DNA from: Bradymonadia bacterium
GTDB lineage: Bacteria; Myxococcota_A; Bradymonadia; UBA7976; UBA1532
DNA length: 64,000 nucleotides
Reading direction: 5' to 3'
NCBI GenBank assembly: GCA_046290225.1
Contig: JBKAGE010000041.1
Location: 1 to 64,000 of the forward strand
The position numbers and the translations under genes are program-made. The notes below the pieces were generated by a model, which was not told the origin of the DNA, made no database searches, and worked only from the letters and a program-made list of their open reading frames with translations. Of the stretch, positions 55,456 to 64,000 are shown in pieces. Each line of letters opens with the position of its first letter. Positions within the stretch are counted from its first letter, which is position 1.

Positions 55456-57282
55456 TCACTCCTCGACGGGCTCGCCAGGAGCCACGTCAGCGCGCAAGTG
55501 CACATAAGGCGCTTCCGGATCGGCCCAGACTGCGGCGTTGGGAAAGCTCAAGGGCAGAGGCAGCACGTCGTCACCAAGGCTGAAGGTGGTGTCGGCGAGC
55601 AAACCGGGCAGCGCGCTGACGAGGGCGCCCAGCTGATCTTCGAGGCGGGCTTTGTCCACGGGGCCACGGGGGGTCTCAGCGACGTCGAGCCAGGCCTCTA
55701 CATCGAGCTCAGGTACGATCTCGATGCCATTCCCTGGGGTGATGCTCACGCTCATATGCACGACGAACTGTGCTGCGATCGTGACCAGAATCTCGTCGTT
55801 CTCAGTGAGTAGATCGATGAACAAGTCACCAGCCTCGATGACGAGGGGGCGAGGGCCATCCTCCACGCGGGACACCAGCGGCAGGGGTGGGCGCAAGCGC
55901 AGCTTGATGTTGCTCGACGGATCGATGCCCTCTGCTGCCTCACCGAGGCCCGCTTGAAACAGGCTGAGGCGCAAGGGGATGGGCAAGTTGATGTCACCGC
56001 CCTCTTCGAGGGTGAGGTCGAGGATGCCGGCGGCCCAGACGGCGTGCAGGATGCGCGAGGTCAGATCGGTGGCCACAGCGAGATCGATGTCCCCTGATCG
56101 GCTGGGATCCATCATGGTCGGGCTGCCGGCCTCAGCGCGGACGGCGAGGCCCATGTTCACCACCTGCTCGGCGAGCACACGGCTGTCGAGCTCGAGGAGC
56201 AGTCCAGTGGGGTCAACCGTGGCCGCCTGCACACCGAGAGTCAGCTCGATGGATTGGCCGAGTAGCTCCACCGAGCGCATGAGGGCGGCGCCGTCGAAGA
56301 GTGCTGGCAAAACCAACTCGTCGACGGCGTCAGCGATGAGCCCATCTGCGAGGTTGGGGATGAAGTCCTCGAACCACTCTTCGATGCTGGAGGGCACGTT
56401 CTCGATGTCGTACATGAAGTTCTCAAAAGACGCCTCTGCGCTCTCAAGGGTGAGCTCAAGGCCACCCTCAGGCGTGCGCCCCACGACGACGCGTGCTACC
56501 AGCGTGGCGGGGTCGACGGAGGCCTCACCGGTGATGCTCAGCTCGGCATCACCGACCGGGGCGATGCCGGTGATCTCCATCTGGAGCCCATAGATTGAGA
56601 ACCTGAGCTCAAGGTACCCATTGCGCGGCAACAATAGCACCTCGAGGGCGGAGTACTCGAAGCGGGTCAACTCCAGATCGCCAGGCATGGCCTCTGCGAG
56701 CAGGGCGGGGAGGTCTTGTGACTCTACATATGCCGCCACCACCTGACCGATGCTCGTGAGCCCCGAGGGCCCCACCATGAGGGTGGCGGCGTCTTTGACA
56801 GGCTCGCTGGGATCGACGTCGGCGTCGAAGAGCACGGCAAAGCGCTCCTCGTCTGCTTGAGCCTCCGGATCGTTGGGGTCACCATCCACGCCTCGGACGG
56901 CGACGATGTTCATGCCGGGCCGGGCAGGTACGGAGACCGAGAACCGGCCGTCTGCTTCTGGCCGCGCCTCGACGCCGTCGACGAGGAGCACAGGCTCACG
57001 GCCGCCGGTGATGCGCCCTTCGACCTGAATCACACCGCCGGTGTCCCGCTGCCCACGAGGCGGGGCGGTGAGCTCGATGGCCACTGGGTCGACCGGGCCG
57101 AGATCGGGCACCATGGCGTCAGGCATGGGCACCGACATGTCTGCTGGAGCAGAGACCATGGCGTCGGAGGCTGGAGGCAGGGCGTCGTTGGCGCCGTCGG
57201 GGCTCTTGCTGTCGTCCCCGCATGCGGTGAGGGAGAGCAGAGCCAGAGCAAGGGTGGCGATACGCAAAGTGGGGGATCTCAT
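55456..57282 (-). CDS. Lipoprotein with an Ig-like domain and a possible BPI/LBP-like (TULIP) lipid-binding fold
   Basis: Lipobox LTAC; Ig-like VEGRI…DGRFSVSV…GMNIV; long beta strands with helices (GPSGLTSI…; DLAVATDLTSRILHAVWAAG). Confidence 0.55.
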   Translation of the reverse strand: MRSPTLRIATLALALLSLTACGDDSKSPDGANDALPPASDAMVSAPADMSVPMPDAMVPDLGPVDPVAIELTAPPRGQRDTGGVIQVEGRITGGREPVLLVDGVEARPEADGRFSVSVPARPGMNIVAVRGVDGDPNDPEAQADEERFAVLFDADVDPSEPVKDAATLMVGPSGLTSIGQVVAAYVESQDLPALLAEAMPGDLELTRFEYSALEVLLLPRNGYLELRFSIYGLQMEITGIAPVGDAELSITGEASVDPATLVARVVVGRTPEGGLELTLESAEASFENFMYDIENVPSSIEEWFEDFIPNLADGLIADAVDELVLPALFDGAALMRSVELLGQSIELTLGVQAATVDPTGLLLELDSRVLAEQVVNMGLAVRAEAGSPTMMDPSRSGDIDLAVATDLTSRILHAVWAAGILDLTLEEGGDINLPIPLRLSLFQAGLGEAAEGIDPSSNIKLRLRPPLPLVSRVEDGPRPLVIEAGDLFIDLLTENDEILVTIAAQFVVHMSVSITPGNGIEIVPELDVEAWLDVAETPRGPVDKARLEDQLGALVSALPGLLADTTFSLGDDVLPLPLSFPNAAVWADPEAPYVHLRADVAPGEPVEE

Positions 57283-57441
57283 CAGCAAGCACTCACACGG
57301 ATAACGGCGGGGGGTGTTTGAAAGCATCCTTAGAGCAGTATGCGAAAGGAACTGATGCAGCAGGTCATTTCGTATACTGCTCTAGTTATAGCGAGTACAT
57401 GAGGGCAGATGTAGTCGGAGGGCGCTTCGTGGGTGAGTCTG

Positions 57442-57621
57442 TTTCGGGCACGGGCACGGGCACGGGCACGGGCACGAGTTTTACGGGCGTGGACAGTGCA
57501 GCCTGAGGCTGCATGTCTTGGAGCGAGTGGAGGGGGGCGCAGCCGGCCGGAGGGAGCGGAAAGACACCCAAAGGGCTGTCCACTGTTTGGCCTGACAGTA
57601 CAGCCTGAGGCTGCATGTCTT
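57442..57621. repeat. REP-like cluster: (GGGCAC)5 array plus two 28-bp palindromic direct repeats
   Basis: TTTC(GGGCAC)5GAGTT at 57442-57480; GACAGTRCAGCCTGAGGCTGCATGTCTT at 57492-57519 and 57594-57621. Confidence 0.75.
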
Positions 57622-57631
57622 CCAGGCGGGC

Positions 57632-59896
57632 TCAGCGGCAGAATTGCTGTGCGAGATCGTTGTTGGGCACGCAGCCCGAGACCCCGAAGATGCTGCAGCA
57701 GACGTTGTCGCCAGGGCAAACCTGGGCGTCGTTGCAGGACAGCACGCAAATCTGACCGGCCAGGAACACGTCCTGACACTCTTCGTCCGCCGTGCAGGCG
57801 TTCGGATCATCGCCACAGGCAGGCGGGCCGGCGTCGCCCCACTCGCTCATCATGCGATCCGCGCCGCCCACCTCGATGCACTCGCCGTCGATGCAGAGGT
57901 TGCCGTCACCGCAGTCGCCGTCGTCGAAACAGCCGACACATTCGCCGGTGTCCGGATCACAGACACCCTCGTCGCACTCTACGCCGGCACAGCGGCAGGC
58001 GTCGTCGCGACCGCATACCTGAACCCGCTGGCCATTGCGTTGGATCGGGGTGCAGTTCGAGCCGTCGGGGCAGACATCCTCGCCCTCGTCACAGGCCAGA
58101 CCACAGGCGCGGACCTCCTGGTTGAAGCCCAGGCGGTAGCGTACGCAGTACATGTTGTCGGGGCAGTCGGACTCGTCCTCACACGGGGCGCAGATGAGGG
58201 CCAGCGGATCGACACAGGCGTTGTCGCTGCACACCGTGCCGTCGGCGCAGTCGTCATTGCCCAGGCACTGCACGCACTCGCCAGAGGTGGGATCACAGAG
58301 TTGACCGTCGGCGCAGTCCACCGCCTCACAGGGGTCTTCGCAGACACCCGTCGCAGGATCACAGATACCCGAGGGGCATGCTTCGGGGTTGCACACCCCT
58401 GCGTCGCAGGTCTCACAGACACAGCCCGTGTTGCCCTCACAGAGGAGATCGCGGTTCTCGCCGATGACCTGCACTTCGCAGGTGGCCGGGTTGAAGCGGA
58501 AGGCTTCCCAGAGCTGACGCTCGACTCTGTTCGCCGAGTCGAGGACCTGAGGGCCGAAGTTCTGAGGCTCGGCATCGCCGCAGTTGAAGGTCAGCTGTGC
58601 TGCCCCCTGGGCGCGCTCGTCGCCCTGCGTGAACAGATCGACGCCCACCGTGTACCAGCCCGCCTCGGGCTCACCGAGACGGACCTGCTCTTCGAGGGGC
58701 AGGCGGCGTGGGCCGGCGTCACGGGTCAGGCCTGGGGTGCACCAGTCGGGGCTGCGGTTGTTGGCCCAGCAGTCGAAGGGGCTCTCGAAGTAGACGCCTT
58801 CGGGGTGGAGCACGTGTAGATCGAAGTCGAGGGTGTCGTCGCCCCAGGTGAGGGTGATCCAAGCCTGAGGGGTCAACTCGTCACAGGCGTCGCCGCGGCC
58901 GTCATCGTCGCTGTCGAGCTGGTCGAAGTTCGGTACGTCGCGGCAGTTGTCGCAGGCGTCACCGCGGCCGTCGTCGTCGACGTCGGACTGGCGGTTGGGC
59001 ACCTCGGGACAGTTGTCGGCGGCGTCGGGCACGCCGTCACCGTCGCGATCAGACTCCACGCAAGCGTCGCCGATGCCGTCGCCGTCGCTGTCTTCCTGAT
59101 CGGCGTTCACGTCGAGAGGACAGTTGTCGCAGGCATCGCCCACGCCATCTTCGTCGCCGTCGCCCTGGTTGCGGTTGGGCTCGAGGGGGCAGTTGTCGGC
59201 CATGTCGGGCACGCCATCGAGATCGATGTCGTTCTCGCCGATGGCGCAGGCGTCGCCTGTGCCGTCTCCAGCGTCGTCGGCCTGGTCCGGGTTGGCCACG
59301 TTGGGGCAGTTGTCGCAGGCGTCGCCCACACCATCGTCGTCGGCGTCGCGCTGGCTGTTGTTCGCCTGCTCGGGGCAGTTGTCCACCCCGTCGCGGATGC
59401 CGTCGTTGTCGGTGTCGGCTTCGGGATCACCACCACCTGCGCCGCCAACAGGCCCGCCACCGAAGCCGCCTTCACCGCCAACAGGCTCGCCGCCGAATCC
59501 GCCTTCGCCGCCAACAGGCTCGCCACCAAAGCCGCCCTCACCGCCGAAGCCACCTTCGCCGCCAACAGGCTCGCCGCCGAAGCCACCTTCACCACCGACG
59601 GGCTCGCCGCCGAAGCCGCCCTCACCACCGATGGGCTCACCGCCAAAGCCTCCGACAGGCTCACCACCAGCGCCAGCGACCGGGTCGCCACCCACAGGGG
59701 CACCACCGCCACCGGCTTCACCGCCGCGACCACCGGAGCCCATGCCCCCGCCGTCGACAGCAGCACCACCAGCGGCAGCGTCTTCACCCTCGGACTCGGC
59801 GACAGGATCAGACTCTTCGATACAGCCTGAGACCATCAGGGCCAGGGCCAACAGCACGCCGGCCTTTCGACCAGCGCCTTGCAGCTTCCATCGCAT
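57632..59896 (-). CDS. Lipoprotein with [11 protein letters not shown] tandem linker, thrombospondin type-3 repeats and Cys-rich C-terminus
   Basis: Lipobox VSGC; DNCPxxxNxDQxDxDxDGxGDAC repeats; ITLTW…DFDLHV domain. Confidence 0.85.
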   Translation of the reverse strand: MRWKLQGAGRKAGVLLALALMVSGCIEESDPVAESEGEDAAAGGAAVDGGGMGSGGRGGEAGGGGAPVGGDPVAGAGGEPVGGFGGEPIGGEGGFGGEPVGGEGGFGGEPVGGEGGFGGEGGFGGEPVGGEGGFGGEPVGGEGGFGGGPVGGAGGGDPEADTDNDGIRDGVDNCPEQANNSQRDADDDGVGDACDNCPNVANPDQADDAGDGTGDACAIGENDIDLDGVPDMADNCPLEPNRNQGDGDEDGVGDACDNCPLDVNADQEDSDGDGIGDACVESDRDGDGVPDAADNCPEVPNRQSDVDDDGRGDACDNCRDVPNFDQLDSDDDGRGDACDELTPQAWITLTWGDDTLDFDLHVLHPEGVYFESPFDCWANNRSPDWCTPGLTRDAGPRRLPLEEQVRLGEPEAGWYTVGVDLFTQGDERAQGAAQLTFNCGDAEPQNFGPQVLDSANRVERQLWEAFRFNPATCEVQVIGENRDLLCEGNTGCVCETCDAGVCNPEACPSGICDPATGVCEDPCEAVDCADGQLCDPTSGECVQCLGNDDCADGTVCSDNACVDPLALICAPCEDESDCPDNMYCVRYRLGFNQEVRACGLACDEGEDVCPDGSNCTPIQRNGQRVQVCGRDDACRCAGVECDEGVCDPDTGECVGCFDDGDCGDGNLCIDGECIEVGGADRMMSEWGDAGPPACGDDPNACTADEECQDVFLAGQICVLSCNDAQVCPGDNVCCSIFGVSGCVPNNDLAQQFCR

Positions 59897-60091
59897 GTAC
59901 AGCTCTCCGCTTCTTGAACCTGCCTTGCGCAGGTCGACGATTCTCCCGAGCATCCTCTCTGGCATACCGGCCAATCGAGTCCCGGATCAACTGCAGAGAC
60001 GTGGTGCTCGCTATGGTGCGTATGCATATGTGGAGATTTAAGCCGAACACCGCATGGGCAGATGCAGGTGTTTGGTACCAGAGGTACTCAA

Positions 60092-60748
60092 ATGACGCAT
60101 ACCCCCGGCCCGCGGGCCAAGATGGTGCCCAAAATCATCCTCGAAGGCACCCGACTCACCCAGAAGACCGACATCGCCTTCGCCCTCAACAGCCACCCGC
60201 GGATCGTGGGTCCACGGAAGTACCAGTATCACTCCCCGCTGATCTCTGCGGAGTGGTGCGGGTTCACGCCTACACCCTGGGGGCGGGGGTTGATCAACTT
60301 TGAGGCTGATGAAGCCGAGCGGGCCATGGAGACCTACGCCACCTGGGCGAGGCTCTTCGAGTTGATGCCCCACTACTCATGGATCATCGACCGGTTCCAC
60401 CTCTCGACCCAGTTGCATCAGCAGATGCACCATCAGCAGCACTACGACTTCGACTGGCTCGAAGCGCGCATGCGCCCCCTGGGCTTCGCCGTGGTGTTCT
60501 GTACGCGGCGTCCCGAGAGCTTTGCCGCCGCCCGTGAGGCGCGGCTGAAGATCTCGGGGAACCCTTCGCAGTACGACGATCTCGACATCTTCGTGCGAGA
60601 GCAGGCGCTGATGCGGCCGCTGGTGGCTCAGAGTACGTTGCCAGTGCTCGAGGTGGACATCTCCGATCGCACCATCGACGAGGTAGCCGACACCATCGCT
60701 GATTGGATGGAAGAGACAGGACTGCTGTGGGGCGAGGTTCAGAGCTGA
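60092..60748 (+). CDS. Nucleoside/nucleotide-kinase-fold hypothetical protein (thymidylate kinase-like)
   Basis: KIILEGTRLTQKT in the P-loop position; IIDRFHLS in the DR motif position. Confidence 0.55.
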   Translation: MTHTPGPRAKMVPKIILEGTRLTQKTDIAFALNSHPRIVGPRKYQYHSPLISAEWCGFTPTPWGRGLINFEADEAERAMETYATWARLFELMPHYSWIIDRFHLSTQLHQQMHHQQHYDFDWLEARMRPLGFAVVFCTRRPESFAAAREARLKISGNPSQYDDLDIFVREQALMRPLVAQSTLPVLEVDISDRTIDEVADTIADWMEETGLLWGEVQS

Positions 60749-60881
60749 GTTCAGGTATGTTGAGTCAAGCGTGACGAGGTGGGTGCTCTACGCCCTCTGG
60801 CGGTGGCCTGAGCTTGACGCTCTGGGCCGTGGGCTGGGGTGATGTACGCGCCGTTGGTGCTCAGATCGAGGGGGGGAGGCT

Positions 60882-61976
60882 ATGAGGTGGGTGGAGGGGC
60901 TGATCTTGGGCTGTGCGTTGTTGCCACTGAGGGCAGAGGCGTGCTCGGCGAATGTGTGGGTTGATGGGCTCATCGAGATACGCCCTCGGCCGTGTGAGAC
61001 GCTGCCTGCAGGCTCGCCGATCCGTGTGATGGGGCGGAGCCTCGAGGCAGATCAGTTCGATCTGCAGGTCGACGGCGCGCCCAGGGCGTTTCGCCTGGAA
61101 GAGGCTCCGGGGTTCACCGAGTCTTTCACAGGGCTCAGTTACGAGCTGATGATCAGCTCGGCGATCTATCCAGACCCGCCCACGGAGCCTGGAGATTGGG
61201 TCACGCTGCGTTGGACAAACACATCGGGCCGAGCTGGTTTTGAGTCACAGCGGCGTCACTGGACAGCCGGCAGAAGGCTGCCCGTGCTCCAAATGGATCG
61301 AGGGCCACTGCTGAGCATCGATCGACTCCAAGTGCCCAACCGGCTGAGCACCTGCGAGCACGATCGGCTGACTGATCTCTATTTCTTCTCGGTGCATGTC
61401 GACACAACCCTCGCAGAGGCTGACAGACCTCTGTATGCCGTGCTCCATCATCTCGACGAGGATGGTCGATGGGTGCCTTCGATGAGCCGTCCGGTCGCAG
61501 GGCTGGAAACCTTGCTTGTGCGCTCGCTTTTTCCTGCAACGCCCTCACCAGAAAATGCCAGGCGATACGGATCTGTTACGCCAGGGCCAACGTGCTGGCG
61601 GGCCGAGGTGGTTGACCCTGCCCTTGGGCACCGCGTGATGGGCGAGCCAGTCTGCGCGCTCTGTCGCGATCGGATCGAACCTCGTGATGAGCGCGCGTTG
61701 TTTGAGGAGACATGGTTCGAAAGTCAGTGGCTCTACAACAACTCAAGCGCTTCAGGGGCGCGCCCCCCATGGTCACCAGAAGACATGGTCGAAGGTGGTC
61801 ACTGCATCGCGCTTGTCGAAGCAGCCGAGAGCGCAGCCAGTACGCCCCCGGAGGTGACCTGCCGCCCATCAGATGAAGGGTGGTGTCAGATTCGACCTCA
61901 GACACCAGCAATGGGGTGGGTGGGGGCGATATTGGTTCTGGTCCTGACGAGAGTCAGACGGTGTAGATCGGGGTGA
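60882..61976 (+). CDS. Exported hypothetical protein with MYXO-CTERM-like tail
   Basis: Signal peptide (…AEAC); C-terminal GWCQ…WVGAILVLVLTRVRR. Confidence 0.6.
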   Translation: MRWVEGLILGCALLPLRAEACSANVWVDGLIEIRPRPCETLPAGSPIRVMGRSLEADQFDLQVDGAPRAFRLEEAPGFTESFTGLSYELMISSAIYPDPPTEPGDWVTLRWTNTSGRAGFESQRRHWTAGRRLPVLQMDRGPLLSIDRLQVPNRLSTCEHDRLTDLYFFSVHVDTTLAEADRPLYAVLHHLDEDGRWVPSMSRPVAGLETLLVRSLFPATPSPENARRYGSVTPGPTCWRAEVVDPALGHRVMGEPVCALCRDRIEPRDERALFEETWFESQWLYNNSSASGARPPWSPEDMVEGGHCIALVEAAESAASTPPEVTCRPSDEGWCQIRPQTPAMGWVGAILVLVLTRVRRCRSG

Positions 61977-62057
61977 AACGTTGATTCCAGGAGGTTGACG
62001 AAGTGGCGTGCTGACACTCACGATGCTCAACACACCATTCAAGGAGACCTGTAGACG

Positions 62058-62834
62058 ATGAGCATTTTGAGCCATCGAGGCATGTGGGTGGCCCTTTTCG
62101 CCCTCGCTCTGTGTGTGCCTGCTGGAGCATCCGCTCAGGGCAAGGGTCGAGGGAAAGGCAAAGGCAATCCACACGCTCAGGCAGAAGGCGGCGATCACGG
62201 TAAGGGCAAAGGCCACGGGAAGCCTGATGGGAAGGGTCACGGCAAACCTGAGGGCAAAGGGCACGGCAAGCCTGGAGGTCATCCAGGGAAAATGGGCGGG
62301 CCGCCCATGGGCAAGGGTAAGCCCGACGGGGTAGGCAAGCCGGATGGAAAGGGCCGTCCAGAAGGCAAGGGCAGGCCTGATGGAATGGGTCGCCCGGATG
62401 GCAAGGGTCGTCCGGAGGGCAAGGGGCCTGCTGGTGCTCCAGGGAAAATGGGTGGGCCGCCTATGGGCAAGGGCAGGCCTGATGGGATGGGCAAGCCCGG
62501 TGGTATGGGCAAGCCTGGTGGGATGGGGCGGCCAGAAGGCAAAGGGCGCCCGGAAGGTAAGGGCAAGCCAGCCAAGGCTGCGAAGCGCGCCGCCCGCAAA
62601 GATCGGATCAAGAAGAACAAAGACAAGATCAAGGCCGCCAAGGGCAAGCAGAGCGCGTTGGCCAAGGAGCAACGCAAGCACCTGAAGCGCTTGGCCAACA
62701 TCGACCGGCTTGCGGAGATGGGTGCGGAGAAGGGCAACCAGACCCTCGTCGAGAAGGCCAAGATGCTCCGTGAGAAAGAGATGAAGCGCCACGGGCGGAA
62801 GATGGATCAGCTCAACAAGAAGGCAGAGAAGTGA
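62058..62834 (+). CDS. Exported low-complexity Gly/Lys/Pro-repeat protein with basic coiled-coil C-terminus
   Basis: AGGAG RBS, signal peptide ending ASA, GKPDGKGRPEGK repeats. Confidence 0.7.
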   Translation: MSILSHRGMWVALFALALCVPAGASAQGKGRGKGKGNPHAQAEGGDHGKGKGHGKPDGKGHGKPEGKGHGKPGGHPGKMGGPPMGKGKPDGVGKPDGKGRPEGKGRPDGMGRPDGKGRPEGKGPAGAPGKMGGPPMGKGRPDGMGKPGGMGKPGGMGRPEGKGRPEGKGKPAKAAKRAARKDRIKKNKDKIKAAKGKQSALAKEQRKHLKRLANIDRLAEMGAEKGNQTLVEKAKMLREKEMKRHGRKMDQLNKKAEK

Positions 62835-62845
62835 AAGGCGTTAAG

Positions 62846-63097
62846 ATGATGAAGCCCTGGCTGGCGATCGCGTGTGTCTCTCTGCTCTGGGGCTGTGGCG
62901 ACAAGCCCAAGGCGGATGAGAAAAAGCCTGCTGCTTCAGGTGGTGAGGCGGCGGCCAGCGCCGCTGGCTTGACCGATCAGGAGCAGACTGCCCTCAAAGA
63001 CGAGCTCGCTGACGAGGCCGAAGCGGCCATCACGCCGGAGAACGCCGAGCAGATGGCCGAGAAGATCGAGGCCGAGCTGAACGCAGAGCTGAAGTGA
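62846..63097 (+). CDS. Small acidic lipoprotein
   Basis: Lipobox LWGC; Glu/Ala-rich helix. Confidence 0.7.
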   Translation: MMKPWLAIACVSLLWGCGDKPKADEKKPAASGGEAAASAAGLTDQEQTALKDELADEAEAAITPENAEQMAEKIEAELNAELK

Positions 63098-63142
63098 CGC
63101 TCTAAGCACGCTGACGGTCTGCATTTGCTGTAAGACAGTGAT

Positions 63143-64000
63143 CTACTTGAGGCCGAAGCGCTCCATTTTGCTGATGAGCGTAGCCCGGTTGATGCCCAAC
63201 GCCCTCGCACATGCGCTTTGGTTGTTGTTCGCGCGAGCGAGGGCTTCGGTGATGAGACTGCGCTCGTAGATCTCTACCCGCGCTTTGAGCGTGAGCGGCT
63301 CGTCGGTTGTCCCAGAGCCGTCGAAGGGGTCCTCGTCGATGTACGTGCTCGGCGCGAGGGCTACCAATCGCTCGATCGTGTGTTGAAGCTCGCGCACGTT
63401 GCCAGGCCAGGGGGCGCCCACAAGCAGCTCAAGGACTCTGGGGCTCAATGTGATGGGGCCCAGCCCGAAGCGCTCGCCATAGATGCGGGCGAAGTGTCGG
63501 GCCAGGGGGCGGACGTCGGCGCGGCGATCCCGCAGCGGGGGGAGCCGGATCGCCACGACGTTGAGGCGGTAATAGAGATCGCGGCGGAAGGTGGACACTT
63601 GATCGAGAGGGCGCCCGCTCATGGCGATGATGCGCACGTCGATGGGCTCGGCCTGCTCCGAGCCCACGGGGCGGACCTCGCGCTCTTGCAGGACTCGGAG
63701 CACTGAGGCCTGAGCCCGAGGCGCCAGGCTGTCGACTTCGTCGAGCACCAGGGTGCCGCCGTGAGCAGCCCGAAACAGGCCCTTTCGACTGCCTGCTGCG
63801 CCTGTGAATGCGCCCTTTACGTAACCGAACAACTCCGCTTCGGCGAGCTCAGCGGGGAGCGCGGCGCAGTTGAAACAGATGTAGGGCCCCTCACGGCGGG
63901 CGGAACTCTCGAGGATGGCCCGGGCCACGCACTCCTTGCCCGTGCCTGTCTCGCCTTCGATCAACACGGTCACGTCGCGGCCGGCGATGCGTTGCACGCG
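63143..64000 (-). CDS. Sigma54-dependent Fis-family enhancer-binding protein (5' part outside the window)
   Basis: GETGTGKE, ELFGYVKGAFTGA, LDEV, FRRDLYYRL, WPGNVREL, C-terminal HTH. Confidence 0.95.
   Translation of the reverse strand, partial: RVQRIAGRDVTVLIEGETGTGKECVARAILESSARREGPYICFNCAALPAELAEAELFGYVKGAFTGAAGSRKGLFRAAHGGTLVLDEVDSLAPRAQASVLRVLQEREVRPVGSEQAEPIDVRIIAMSGRPLDQVSTFRRDLYYRLNVVAIRLPPLRDRRADVRPLARHFARIYGERFGLGPITLSPRVLELLVGAPWPGNVRELQHTIERLVALAPSTYIDEDPFDGSGTTDEPLTLKARVEIYERSLITEALARANNNQSACARALGINRATLISKMERFGLK

Noticed and set aside
57492..57621. Possible mini-CRISPR array
   Set aside because: Only two repeats, a 74-nt spacer and no cas genes in the window; REP-like instead
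59440..59660. 33-bp tandem DNA repeats as a non-coding array
   Set aside because: They are in-frame [11 protein letters not shown] linker repeats with synonymous variation

Overview
GC-rich bacterial window, most likely from a myxobacterium-like or Bradymonas-like deltaproteobacterium. This is inferred from the many Cys-rich lipoproteins, the AgmX/PglI-type and FHA/DUF4388 proteins, and the tmRNA tag ANDDVELALAA. The right half has a housekeeping block (dnaG-rpoD-tRNA(CAT)-zinc ribbon-rnpB-smpB-ssrA) plus pyrC, tatA, metZ, a PPIase and many secreted proteins. The left 30 kb is an accessory region with a module present twice on the minus strand. Each copy has a giant lipoprotein adhesin-like gene (Cys-rich stalk, FG-GAP propeller, RTX, cadherin, variable C-terminal domain), two intervening genes that differ between the copies, and a lipoprotein whose core resembles the anthrax protective antigen (PA)/binary-toxin B pore-forming domains followed by PKD and LamG domains. 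Both PA-like genes have a sigma54 -24/-12 promoter and an upstream motif at nearly the same spacing. Both adhesin genes share a different conserved upstream motif. This putative surface-tethered adhesin plus beta-pore system is the best novelty candidate. Several large palindromic or REP-like non-coding elements are also present. All homology calls are by eye; no searches were run.
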